Below, piece after piece: positions 11,088 to 25,300 of a stretch of 64,000 bases of DNA. Positions within the stretch are counted from its first letter, which is position 1. The number at the start of each line of letters is the position of its first letter. The position numbers and the translations under genes are program-made. The notes under the pieces were generated by a model, which worked only from the letters and a program-made list of their open reading frames with translations, made no database searches and was not told where the DNA came from. Source of the stretch: Tubiluchus corallicola (Eukaryota > Animalia > Priapulida); NCBI GenBank assembly GCA_030141605.1, contig JAQGDQ010000132.1, positions 186,001 to 250,000 of the forward strand, read 5' to 3'.

Positions 11088-13379
11088 TGTTTTTCTCATA
11101 TAAATAACAAATATCAACTTTTGTTGCAAATGGGACATGATTACTGCAACTTGTTCATGCACAACTACCTACTCTGATTTTACGTAACCAAATGCACCAC
11201 AAAAAATATACAATTATGATTTCTCAGATATATTTTCATATAAGGAGTTGTGTAAACGTTTACAATGCAGTAAAATTCTAGAAATTTATTGCAAAACAGT
11301 GTTGCGAGCTCCATACCTGCAATGAGTTTAAACTGTAAATAGTCTGCTCTTGATTTATTGAGCCTTAAATTTTTCTTAACAAGTTATATACAATTATATA
11401 ATTTCTGGTAGTCAAGAAATGCTGTATAGTGTTCAACAGGGATTCCATTTTAGTGCCGCTGCTATTTTTATTAACCGTGAATAACATCAGCAAGGCAAAA
11501 TTATTTTATTAACAATAAAATTCAATGCACAGATGAAAAAAATGTAACACAGTGCCTAGCCAAGTGTTTTATACTCACAACACAAGTTCATTTATACAAA
11601 AAAATTACAGGTATACTGTATGAACAAAATCTATCAATATTTACAATAATTATTGGAATACATCTTTAATATATACTCTAAAATCACTAAAAAGTGTGCA
11701 GTGCAACTCAGGATTTAGCGAATTTAGCAAATCAATGAGATTACAACTGCTGAACAGTAGCTATTAAAGCAGCACACTGCATGATAACTATTTTGTTAGA
11801 ATGCTAGAACAGGATACTATTATACCATCGGTTTTGTTCTGCTCACTTACCATATGGTACAGCTGTACACTTTGAAAATTATATTCAACTATACATATAA
11901 TTATAAACCAATAACAGCTTATTTAAGAAAATGTTGTTATTTGCTGGTGTCTTATATTAACATTCATATAACCTTGCGACCTTGCATGCGTCACCAAAAC
12001 AATAATCTAAGCTTGTTTTGCACTTTATTTTAACTGGTCAAGGGATATTCCTTCAACATACTGTGACCATTCATAGATCAACCCAATCTTTGGCAATGCA
12101 AAAATTTTGTCACAAAACTTGTACAACATTATTCACTTGAGATGTGCCACCTTCTGCAGTACATCTAACTGTATCGGAGAAATAGTACTTTTTTGTAAAA
12201 ATGCAATAATTAGGTCATATTGGTCTTTAGAATCTCCTTTGCGATCTTGAAAGTGTCACCTGTGCATGGAACTCATCCCTTCATTTCTTTCAAAAATACT
12301 GAATTACTGATATTTGATATAATTCTGATATTCCAGTCCGCTGACCTCTCCAAAGTTGACAAGCAGGCCAAAAATTAACAAAGTTAGAGAATTATTGAGA
12401 AACAAAGAAAAACTGCTTGAAAAGTTTTTATATTTGCCATAAAATTATAAAACAGTGATTAGAGACTAGTTAGACCAATGGACAGACTATACAGAGTCCT
12501 AAAAGCTGATTTTTTCTTGTAATAAGACTGTCTACTTTCTTTTGATTTAGATGAAAATTAGAGCTTAACACTGATTCGGTAAAATTGTACATCCCTTGAC
12601 TAAATTTTATCACTTCTGACTTTTACTGCTACTGTAATCAGCTGGGTTTTACAAATTGCGCCAAATACCAATTTACCAAAGTCATCATTTCTATTTTCTT
12701 CTCTAAAATGTTACAAATGAAAACGAAAATTTCAAAAAAGAAAAAGCAATAGCAGAAGTACAAAAATGCAAAAAGCAGATTGAATTCGACATTTTGCTCA
12801 CTTATCATAAAATGATTATATATGTAAATAGGCTTTGGTAAACATATTTCACCTCGAAAGTATCTATTATTACAAATGTTGTACAACCATAATTGTACAA
12901 CCAGTCAGAAAAATCAGAAAATAAACATGATTTAGCAAAAATAACTGACCTCTACTCAAATTATTTACCAAGCAATCGAACTGAATCATTTTAAATCACT
13001 TTCGACATCTAGTTAGTAATTAAAATACGCTGACACAGCAATGAAACTGTTCTGCTGCTAAAACATACTTTAATTTCAAAGACAACAATGTCACAAACAA
13101 TAACAAAAAACATCAGCACAACTATGTTTGTGAATGATGTCGCAGCTAAGTCATACATAAACAGTAACAGCTTAGCTTCCAGTCACCAGTGGGAAGCCAG
13201 AAAACAAACTGTACAACTTATCTTCTGATCTAGTCTTCAATATATAAACATATATAAATGTTGTCCTCAACATATTCTGTAACAAGGAGATCATATTCCA
13301 TTTAGAATGGAGGTATGATCTAGTATTTTCCACGTCAATCATCATAAATTTTTGTACAACAACAAAAAAATGAACAGTG

Positions 13380-16300
13380 TCACTGAAACAGTGTGACCAA
13401 AATTTTTGCTGATTTCGCTATATCGTAGGCACATTGTATCACAAGTTGCGTTAATGCCTGACAGTCAACGTTCACATCTGTGTCGCCATCTACAGGTTGG
13501 ACTTTGCGACACTCCGTGTGCAAACGCTGAGCACTTCGCTTCAATTGAGCTAATGCCAATTTCACATTTTCTTGTTCTAAATTCTGAAAGAGAAGACAAG
13601 CAGCTGATAAGTTGGTTAATTACATGCACACAGTAATCAAAAAACATGAGCTTAATGATGCGTACTATCAAAAGAGTGCAAAACAAAAACAGAAACTCCA
13701 AAACCATTAGACAACAACTTTAAAATTAACTGATTTGTAATACAATCATTATTTAAGTACAGACAGTTCAGCACAGAAAAGCAAGGAAAGGATAATAAAC
13801 AGCAAATAGTAAATATCACTAAAAGCACAGTGTTAAAATACGAAGTGCTCCGTTAATAATCTGATTTTTTAATCTGCTGCACAGAAGACATTACCTATAA
13901 GCGTTAGCAAATAATCTGCAATAAAACATGTACAAATCTCTTTTTCAAAACTTGCAGAAAAAACTCTTTCTGGAATAACGAATAACTACATCAACAAAGA
14001 ACTGAGCTTCCAACAAACGCTCTGAAGAATTACTTATTTTAATTTCGTCATGCTTTACAATGCACACAGGAAAGCAGTGAAAAGCAGAGTATACTCGATG
14101 AAACGTTTGTGATGTGACCGTAGCCTTATTCAGTATCAAGGATATCCTTCAAAGATGAACTACTGAACCGGTAGCCAAATTTGGATTTATAGCAAGTCTT
14201 ATTGGAAGTGTAAACTGAAGATTGAAAGATAGCCTGCCGTTTCCCTGTCATGCCAACTTTTTGTGTTTGGACTTGTAACAATTTTCACTCCACAAAATTT
14301 CTGTAGATTTTTATAATTTATTTTGTGCACTAAAGCCTTTTGTGAAAGCACATAATCGCTCATAATTATCTATTCATATGTAAGCAAGAAATTCATAACA
14401 TTTCGTGAAGCTTTTATAAATTTTGTTGCACGTTGCAAAATCGAGGTTGTACACCCTGTACTGTGCTCTATATCATGCACAATCCAGGTCAGGTCAGCCT
14501 TGGAAAGCATAAATATAATTATAAAAATTTAATTACATTTCAAAATCTTCTGAAAATGTGACAATTAATTTAATATTTTCTGATACATTACCACTTTCCA
14601 GTTAAAAATAAATAGATACTACTACTTTAAATCACAGCTTGAAACCATTAGATGATACAATCTTGCATCAACTTCATCATAATCGTGCATCCAGCACAAC
14701 AGATGTACATCCTCTCTGTACAAGATAAACAGCCAAGGTTTTATGCATAATACCGCCTAGACTGCGTTTCGAGCCCACTTGCATGAAGCGCGGGAATCCC
14801 ACCACTCGATGTTCAAGAAAAATCGAAACAAACTTATGTCTCACATGTTTATTAAGCATAGACAATTGTTTCGACTACAACAGTCATAGTCAACAGTGAC
14901 TGTAACAGTTGAAACGATTCTCTACACTCAGTAAGCATGCTGATTCCCAGAGGCTGGCTTTCTCATGAATAAACTGATGCCTCCGTTCACATTACTGAAC
15001 ACATTATTGTACTTGGCACAGATTAAATCCCAGTAGTTACTGAAATCCATTTTCTGTATTTGAGACTATATATTTAAATCATAGTTACCTTGGGAAATAC
15101 GACAGTCATGTTTGCCACTGCTTGAAGTATCTTTTCTGAGCAAGGCACAAAGCTGGAACAACAAAAACAAAAAAAGCCTTTTTCAGCAATTTATATATAC
15201 TGAATACAATAATATTCAGCAAAGTGAACAGTTAACATTTTCAAAACCAAACCAAAACGCATCTAAAGTTTACAACAGAATAACAAAGAATCATTGTTAG
15301 CAGCTTTTTCGATACAAACATGATGTTCACTTCAACTACTTTTGTTCAAGCAAATTGGTTCACACTACCTTAACGGATTGAAACATGTAAAAAGGACAGG
15401 ACCATCTAGTTTTTTTAATACATTATATTACTTATTTATGCACAAAAGTACTATAAGAAAAAGTAAGGAACTACACAAAAAACACAAAAAGCATATGAAT
15501 AATATTAGGCTTTTACTAGCATGCCAGGGCCAGCAGCAGGGAACTTAATCCCCAAATAGCAAGCTACCTGCTGGCCCATGCTAGTGAAGTGAACTGGAAA
15601 ATCAGTGATCACAAATGAACGTTAAAACAAAATAAAATGTACAAAAGCAGATAGAAAACACAAAAAAAATCATATAAAACACACTTGAAAATAAACTGAT
15701 TAAGAAAAGTAGAAAGTAAGAACACCATTGAGTCAAACCATTGTGCAAAAACAAAAATCGTTAAAATAATAACTAATTGCCATACTAGCACCTAAGTAAA
15801 CATATATTCGTTACTCATATACAACTTTGCACTAACTCAGACAGCATTTCTGCTTGCCAGTCACTTACTTTGCCGTTTTCTCTTCCTGTGCAAACATCAG
15901 AAGCTCTTGTATTTTCTTCGTGATGCCTTCTGTTTTTCTCACCACCACTTCTGGTGTTGGAAGCCGAGTTGCTTCAGGAACCTGCTCCAAAAGCGTTACG
16001 TTGCTCGCTCTTCCGCCATGTAGCCGACTAAAACATAGAGAACACTTAAAAAGCTGCAACAATACAGTAGCCATAATGCCAACAAATTTGCATCACTTAA
16101 TTAAATTAGGCAGTCTTTTGATCATTATATGGTTGCTGAATAAAAGGTCTAATTGATATTATAAACCAATGAGGAGGAGGCACCAAATACATCCACAATT
16201 CACAGAAATCTTTTCACTTCTGCAAGACACTGATAACTTATTTACCTAGGGATTATTTCATAAAATTTGATGGTTTGATAAACTGCAACAGAGAAACAAA

Positions 16301-19300
16301 AAATGAATTGCGTTAAAAAAGCAATTCCATCTGTCCTACTCTCTGTCGCTACCTCCTATGCTGGATCATTCCTCAAATCTAGAGTTATATTTGCTCTAAA
16401 GTCATATACTATAGATATACTACAGTCATATACGAAGACCCCTCTCGGCCTTTTTGTCATTTTAAGAGCTTTATCTACACTCAGCATACTAGATTTTAGA
16501 ACATAGAAAAATGTAAAATCTGAATAGTTTAATATTTACATTTCAGCACCAGGGCTGCGCTGACGAGAGCGTTCCTGTTCCTCAGCCTTACCACTAATTT
16601 CCTGGAAAATTAGTAGTAATATTATTAGTAGGAATATTATTCACTTTCATTTATGGAACAGAAACAACAAGTATTGTTTTGGCCAAAATGCAGGCAAGAA
16701 AATATAATCTCTTATTTTACAAAGTAACAAATCATTTGAATTAACTGTATTAATTCATTAACAGAATTATACTAGTCTATTACTATATTAGAATGCATTA
16801 ATGTATTAAAGAAGAAAATTCTATTAACACGAAACTATAAGTATTTCACAGTTTTAAATTAAATTTTTAACACGTTTTTACTACCACACATTATCAGATT
16901 AATATGTGAACTGTATGCTATTAGATTGCTGACCTCAGGTGCTACCTGTACGGCATTTACTAACTAACAAAAAATGAAAAGATTGCCAGACTAAGCCATT
17001 AGCTAAGAAAGCTTTACACCTAGAGGCAGCAAATGGTGCTATAAAAATTTTGTCATAACAAGTCACCCATCCAAACATTCACTAAAAGCAATACTGCAAC
17101 CTAACTTTGAAAACTTATTAAGTAACTGAACTAAGTAAAGTAATGATTTATTTTTCTCCTTAACAGGCTTACAAAGGTGAAAATATTATATTACAGACAT
17201 AAAGAGGTGGAGTGGCAAATTGACCAACTGAATCTCGAGAATGAATGTTTAACGTCACTTGCCAGTCGCAGGACCGGCTCTAGGTAGTTTGACGTCCTAG
17301 GCACAAGCATTTTAGTGTCCTCTCCTCAACGGTCAATCCCTTCAACACGGTTCCCACCACACCCGCAAAATTAAATTTTTCTTGTATAATATTGTAATTA
17401 AGTACAATGGTACCTGTATGTTAGGCTTATATATGTATTATAGTCAACAGAGTGTCTAATTAATAATGTAGTTGTACTAATTAAGTGCAGTTTGTTACTT
17501 ATGCTTTTGTTGCTTGAAATTGAAATTGAATTTATGACTCCATTTTTTTTGTTGCACATGCGTGGATTTTCGGGAGATGCTCAATGTCCGGCAGTTTTTT
17601 CACATTTTTCACATATTCCATCCTAAAGACTTCGATTCTTGCAGGTTTGCCAGCATTAATTAGATAAATGATATTGTAACAAACTTTTTTATTAACAGAA
17701 GGATCATTACTGTAAGCACTTGCATAGCTTTGTATAGCTCTGCTGCTCTATGCATGCAATAGAAATTGCAGGTATAAGCAGCGCACTGTGTCACAGTAGT
17801 GTGTGAGTGAACTGACATAATCTTAGGAAAACCAGATAAAGCAAAAGTAGAAAACGTTTTTCTGCAATAAAACACTTTCTACCATCGATGAAACAATGAA
17901 AATAGCACAAGTAGTTTGTTTCATTTTATTAGAGTATTGCACACTTAAGCACATAATAACAGACCTACACTATGAATTATTATTACTTATGCTAAACTTA
18001 AAAATTAAAAAATCACTCCAGAATTTGGCACCTTAGGCAACTTTCTAGTGGTACAGCCGGCCCTGGACAGTCCTTAGGAAAACAATATTTCATTCTACCA
18101 AATGCCTTAACAACAGTCAAAATAACAAAGACTGCTTTTTGGCTTTTTTCAGTAGCGATTACTGACAATTTTAAATATAAAAAGATTAATAATTATTGTT
18201 TACTTTTAATAAGATATCTCACTCATCAATAATAACACAACTTAATAGTCTAAATACCAAAGAAACATGCACCACGCCGAGGTAAAGCAATGAAGTTATT
18301 TAACACAGTCACCAATATAAGCAAAATCAACTGGGAAACCCTTACACATATTCTTCGCTTATTTGTCATGCATAAAAAATTCTTAATCAATCATCGCAAT
18401 TAAGCAAACTGCAGCAGGAAGATAACACAAGGGATAGTGCACAGGGGCATAGCCAGGCTAAAGTTAGGAGCAGCAAGAACATAAAAAAGGCACTGTGACA
18501 GATACCAAACAATTTTTAACGCATTGATTTTACATTTTGTGTTTAGAATCAACACACAAGAAAGATACAGTTTTATAAGAAGTACGTAATTGTTATTTTG
18601 TATTTAAAATTAAAACAAAATCAAAAGTTTTACAGTAAGCTCATAAATCTCAAAACATATTAAAAATTTGTGTGTTACTTAATCATTTTAATTTCAAACA
18701 TAAAATGAAAACAAACTGAAGCATTGTGAAAAATGTATCGTGAAGCAATTATAATTGTTGAAATTGTAAAATTAAAAAATTGTTGAGAAGGTCCCAATTT
18801 TGAAAAATGTGTTCGGGGGAGCGGGTGCTCCCTTTACTCCCCTGTTAGCTAAGCCACTAATATGCACAGGGCAGACAATGCCATATCAGTATCAAACGGA
18901 CGTGGCAGTCCACTAATACCAACCCTGCATGCTAACAAAAAAAACCACACTTACGTAAACTGGAAGAGAAAACACGGATTCCATTTTTATCCAACCAGGT
19001 GGAGCCACCTTGCACAAAGAGCAAAAAGATCTAATCTCACCAAGCACACGTTACAAATGTGGATAAAAACTACATGATATAAGGGTCGGCACCATGAAAT
19101 GGCAACACTTTTTGAAGTACTTTTTTACTGTCAAAAGTAAATGAATTTTCCACTATTTGCCAAAGCTGTTTTTATACTAACAAATGTATTAGGCGAATTC
19201 TCTCTAAATAAAAGAGAACAACAACCAAGCTAACCAGGAACTTCAAAAATAATGCTATAATAACAACAAAAACAAAAAAGAATCAAGCCAAGCATTCACG

Positions 19301-22300
19301 TAAAACTTTCTGCACTTAATGCACAATCGTTTACATATTACATATTAAATATTTAAATAACATAACACTCTCTACAAAGCAGCAATTTGTCACAGTATTT
19401 CTGCAAAAATTTTTAGGTTTTTTTTGTAATAATCTACGTCTATAAATTCACATAATGCATCAGTCATGTCACTTCCGAATGAAGCTAGCTTTCTAGATTT
19501 TCTAAACAGATCATCAAGCAAGCTTTGCTAAACTAGGCATACTAGAAGCTGCACTGCACATCTTTCACAGCAACAACATCACACAAAAGCTCAAACACAG
19601 TAATGACTTTAGCACAGCAACAGAAGTACCTACCGTATCACCGGTCTGTTTCCATTTTCTCTGATCACGGGGCTCAAACATGGACACTGGCCGAGCTGTA
19701 GACCGTGACGTCCGGCTAGTGTCTGGCAAAGAACCGGTACATTTCTCTTCTTCCTCTTCTGCTTCACGTGGCGAAACAGGTCCATTTGTTATCAGCATTT
19801 GCAAATGTTGCTGTTGTGACCGTAGTTTTGAATTTTCCTGTATTAATCGCTCAACCTGAATTACAAAAAACATTACATAAAAGTATAATGATACTGAAGA
19901 CGATAATTTATTTGTAAAGTACATAAATCAACAATTATTGTCATCAATAAGCTAACTCCTAAGCCAAACAACTTACCATATTTTGCAATATACTAATTTC
20001 CTTTCTCATATCCTTGTTTGCTTCAACTAGTTGCATAACTTGAGTTTCTGATGAGGCTAAAGATCGTTTCACATCTAAGAAATCTTCTTGACTTATATGA
20101 TGAGCATGTTGTGATGGAGAAAGATTCTGTAAAAAACAAAGCTGTTTTAAAACAATAACAAAGCTAATATTGGGAAAATGAGGACAGAGCTTACTGTACA
20201 CATATCACAAAGATTTAAGACATTTTTAAGCTTGTCGAATTACACAGTTTGTCTAGATTTATTGTTTAGTTGTTTACTATGGCAAAAAATGAATAAGCAA
20301 AATAATTACAAACAAACACATAAAACGTTGATTAATTTTACAACTGTAAAATATAAAAAAATGCAAAAACTAGCTCTATATTCTTTTGCTAGCATATCGA
20401 ATTCAGACATTTGGTTGTCTAATACTGAATTTTACTATGCAAATTGTTATGAATGGAAAGGGAGCATCTACATAGGGAGCTTCCCCTTCCCCCATAACTT
20501 TCATTGCTTTTTGAATGTTAATGACTTCATGTGATTGTTATGTTCTGAAAACAAGTGATATGTTGTGAAAATAAATTTCTAAATCTAAAATCTACATGCT
20601 CCACTTAGAGGAAAATGCATACATTATAGCCTGAAAGGCAATAGGCATGTATAATAAACCAAGATGTAACAACAGAACAAACTAGGTTGAATGCGCGATG
20701 AGTGTTTACCTGCGTGACGGGAAGCAAAGGTGAGGAAGCTGGTCGCTGAGCTACTGTAGAATGATCCTGCAATAATAACAAAAGCGTACTGTAGTAGTAA
20801 CAATATGCAAAGAAACTTACGTTGTTATGCAATAAATTTATCATAGGAAAAATAAATTGTCTAGGTAAGGTGAAAAGTCACATGGAAACATAAACAAAAA
20901 CACATGACAGTAGAGAAATTAAGAATTTTCTTAAAATTTAAAGTTTATTGTAAGTTGAACAAACATATACAATGAAGATACAGCTTGTTGTCATGTGAGC
21001 TAAGTAACAATTTAAGTTTGCATATTTTGTTGCCAAAAACTATTAAAGTAAATTATTCTAGAAACAAGGTGCAGTGGTGACAATCACAAAAGAATGTGAC
21101 ATGGTTTCTCACATTAATAAAAAATATAAATTATTATGAAGCCAACTTCCATTAAAATGCTAACAAAAGTTAATGTAAACATCCCAAAACACTTCACGAG
21201 TTAGAATATTTCAGAAAAGGCTAGCATTCTTTTGTCTTGGAAAGTTTTTTTGCTTTAAACGGACTCTTATACTGATCAGATTTGTTTCCGAGTAACTTAC
21301 TTGAATATAATCAATTTCGTTTATTATTAGTTTATTAGTTTCTTAAGACTAATTTCGAACAAAAGACATGCATAGAAGTTTTCTTTTGCACCTTCTCAAA
21401 TCATAAGAAACTTTCTCTTTTTAAAATACCAAATTTTCAAGAGAAGGGACGATGTAGTATTACAATTGCCTACGATTCCTTTACTACATTGTGAACACAA
21501 GCACTTATAAGTTTATTAGCAGCTCAAAAAAGTTTAGATTTGAACCCATTAATCTGAAAATAATAATGAGTTGATTTAATGTTTATATCTGTTGTGTAAT
21601 AACTGAAGATTGATAATATTTTATTTCTGGTAAACAGTTTAACATTTTGGCACAAAAAGCCACCAGGAAAGAATAATTTTCAAGGGAGTTTTCCGTAAAA
21701 TCAGAAAAGAATAATTTTCCAGAGAGTTTTCTGAAAAAGTAACACATAAGAAAACTTACATTGCATCCTCTCTGCTGTTCTCTCAGCTGTGCTTGATGAT
21801 CTAAAAGAGAATCGTCATCGCTGGCCACACTATCATACAATGGCTCATCATCGCTGATTTGACTGCTTTCTCTTGTATCATTTCTTACCTGCAGTGGAGT
21901 CTTCTGAGGTGTTGATTGAGATTTTGGCTTCAACAGGTTGTCCGGAGCCGAACTTACTATGTTCAAAAATAACCGAAAATGAATGCCAAGTTCTTTTCTA
22001 ACACTACTCTAACATAAGAGCTGTATCAGAATTTTTCCGACTAACACCCCCCCCCCCCCAATATAGGCTCTCAGTACAGAGACTACACTCTAAATAATTT
22101 TCTGGGCAAAACTAAATACTACAGAACACAATAAAAACTGCTAAATTAATGTACAGGACAAAAACTAGTGTATCAGTCTTTCAGATATTTAGAAATAATG
22201 GTGTAGCATGTCACACTTGCAGCAACAGTCAACATTCTGACAAAAACTAGAACTGATCTTGTATAGTTGATCCAAATCTGTTCCTAAAGTTTGATTGTAT

Positions 22301-25300
22301 TTTTTTATTATTTTTTTTATTTTATTACAACAATATGTACATTTTCAGCAAAGTACAAGATTTTTCAGATTATCATTACTTTTCGTGCATTGTTTCCCCC
22401 ACAAGCAGTCAAAAATTAATCACCATGCTTTAACACTAATTATAAATTCAAATTCCTAACAGCAGCATTTCAAATTCAAACATGACTGTGGCCTAACAGT
22501 GAAAGAGTGAACCATTCTGCCATTAATATTGATTTTGCTATTAAAAGTGTAAATAATTAATTGACTGTAATAGTTGCGAACAATGCAATATAACTTCTCA
22601 TTTTTGGTTGGAAAAGCCACAATTGCTTGCATTCCATTGAGATTCCCTTGAAGCTGCCATGTCCGCAGTTTAACTGTTGTCTAATTGGTTTCATTATAGT
22701 GCACAGCTTCATTTCAAAATTTTAGTGATGCGGTGCTAGCCCACGCAAAGCATGGTACAGACAATTAGATAATTTTAAAAATAAGGAATTAGTAAGCTGC
22801 AATTAAAGAAGTGAGAATAATGGAAAAATAAACACTGGCGCAGTGTACGAACCTTTTTCTCTAGGTGGAGATGTCAGCCCTAAAGCGCTCTGTTGCCGAC
22901 GTTTCGCATCACCTAAAATATCGATTATCAATGTAGCAAACTCCCGTGCATTAAACCGAGCCAGCTTCTGGCGACCTTGATTTCTCGTTGAGGAATACTC
23001 CGGATTCACTGGTAGAAAAGGCACCGATTGACGATCACTAACAACTGAACTGCAAAAAAAATTTGAACGGCATTCCCAAAAATGTTAGCAATTTCGTTAA
23101 ATTTTGATGAAATCCTAACAGCATTAAGCACCAGAATTTTAATGTTCGTCAATTCTTTTATCTTGCAACAAAATGAATATGGAATTCAGCGTTCTTCTAA
23201 ATTAAATCTCAGTGGTTTTCCAAATTACAGAATAGCAAGCTAAAAGTGATGCTGATACCTAAGAGGCACAGAATATGAAATTAGCGTAAACTTTATGGTA
23301 TTGCAATTACGGAAAAACAGTTCATAGCAAATAGACATGACAATGCAATCGGCAAACAACTATAAAAATAGCAGGAAGACTTCAGTCAGCTTGGGTATTT
23401 GAAAAAGAACTATCGCTTATTCTTACTAAACTTCAGGAAGCAGAACAACAAACAAAGAACTGATATACGATCAATGGTAGTTGCATTACCAGAAAAACAA
23501 ATACTATTTAATCACTATAAAAAGATGAACCAATAAAAATGCATAAGCTATAACAGAAGAGATAATCTTGCTATGTGCATACTAGTTAACTTTTGTTAAC
23601 TAAATTCATACTAACAAATCCCCTGCTTCAAAATTCAACTTTATAGTGGCAAGTATATTTTAATGAACCACTAATGCTTTTCTCTGAATTAGTTAACAAA
23701 TTTTCAAAGTTTTTACACAATAGCACAAATGAGTTTGTGTACTACTGAATCAAGTTACCGCTTTATTAAAAACAAAACAAGGCATTTATATGTACTTAGT
23801 TACCCGTGATTTTGTAATGATAACCAAACATTGTCAGTTTCCCGTCGCTCAACCTCATCATAAACATCCATTGCCAATGCTTCAAATAATTCATTTGGCA
23901 GCTGCAAAAAATGAGTAAATACTCGCAATGCAAGATACAGGCAGCAAGTACTAAACGAAAAGCTTTAAAGGAAACCTGGACGATTGTGTAAGCAACAGTT
24001 CAGAATAAAGAATGCTCTAAAATATTGAAAACTACGATAGCTTTTTTTAAATCAAAGCTTAGATTAAATAATAATTATCTCGGATACTCAAATTTTGTTA
24101 AACTTTCAAAGCTAAGCGTTGCTCAGTGAATCTACTAAGATTGGCAATGGCGCCCTTTTGTCACATGCGCGTGGCCGACAAATAGAAGGCGGTACTGTGA
24201 TAACCAAGATCATGAACTGCAGTGTTAGTTTCTGACGTCATATGACTTAGATTCCAATTTTGTGACATCACACATTTAAGCAGTAACACTCACGCAACCA
24301 TGCTTGACGCACAAGAGAAGATGCCCACCGTTGCACAAACTATGATTAGTTTTTGACATAAGCAATAGCTGTGTACGGTTGCCGTTAATTAACTTTCTAA
24401 GCTAATTACTCAACTATAACAAACAATTGCTAACTTTTATAGGCAAGAAAATGCTTTGGAGTTTGGGCAGTAAATTAAAATGAGATTGAGTCTAAACAAT
24501 TGTCCGGTTTCCCTTTAAAGATACAATACTAAATTTTGATGCTACCTCACTAAATGCGTAAAGTAAACGTAAGTTTGACTTAATGACCAAGTACAAAATT
24601 GTTGTCATACAACACATAAATGAGTTTGCACCTAAATGAGGTTGCCATTAATTAACTTTCTAAGCTAATTACTCAAGTATAAGAAACAATTGCTAACTTT
24701 TTTAGGCAAGAAAATGCTTTGGAATTTGGGCAGTAAATTAAAATGAGATTGAGTCTAAACAATTGTCCGGTTTCCCTTTAAAGATACAATACTAAATTTT
24801 GATGCTACCTCACTAAATGCGTAAAGTAAACGTAAGTTTGACTTAAAGACCAAGTACAAAATTGTTGTCACACAACACATAAATGAGTTTGCACCCAAAT
24901 TAAGCATGTACGACTCGCTGAAGAATTGTTTACTTAACCTCTAGACAGTTACAGCCCATGTTTCAATCATTTTCATTACAGCACAGTGGTATTTTATTTG
25001 GAACAAATTTTAGGAAAAAATTTCTCACACAGACTAAGTCAGGGAACGGACAATAATTCTCATCTAAGAGTTTCTACAGATGAGCACATCTAAACTGCTA
25101 CATACATTTTGCATTACTCTGTACATTAGATTAATAACTAAATTAAAATGCTACAAAAATGGCACATTAATTTTTGACAAAAGCTTTTGGGGTTTACAGA
25201 AACAACAGACGATTACCTCCAGCCAAGCTTGCACAAAATTAAAAAACTATTATAAACTTACAGACTGCAGTTTCTTCTTTGCCGCTTTGGCTAGTTCTGA

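Noticed and set aside
14860-15000. Double hairpin with AGAGAA and ACA on the minus strand, resembling an H/ACA snoRNA
   Set aside because: The putative H and ACA boxes are themselves part of the inverted repeat, and pocket-to-box distances (about 25 and 10 nt) do not fit the 14-16 nt rule. More likely a palindromic MITE relic.
22046-22058. Poly-C run
   Set aside because: Simple homopolymer with no supporting structure.
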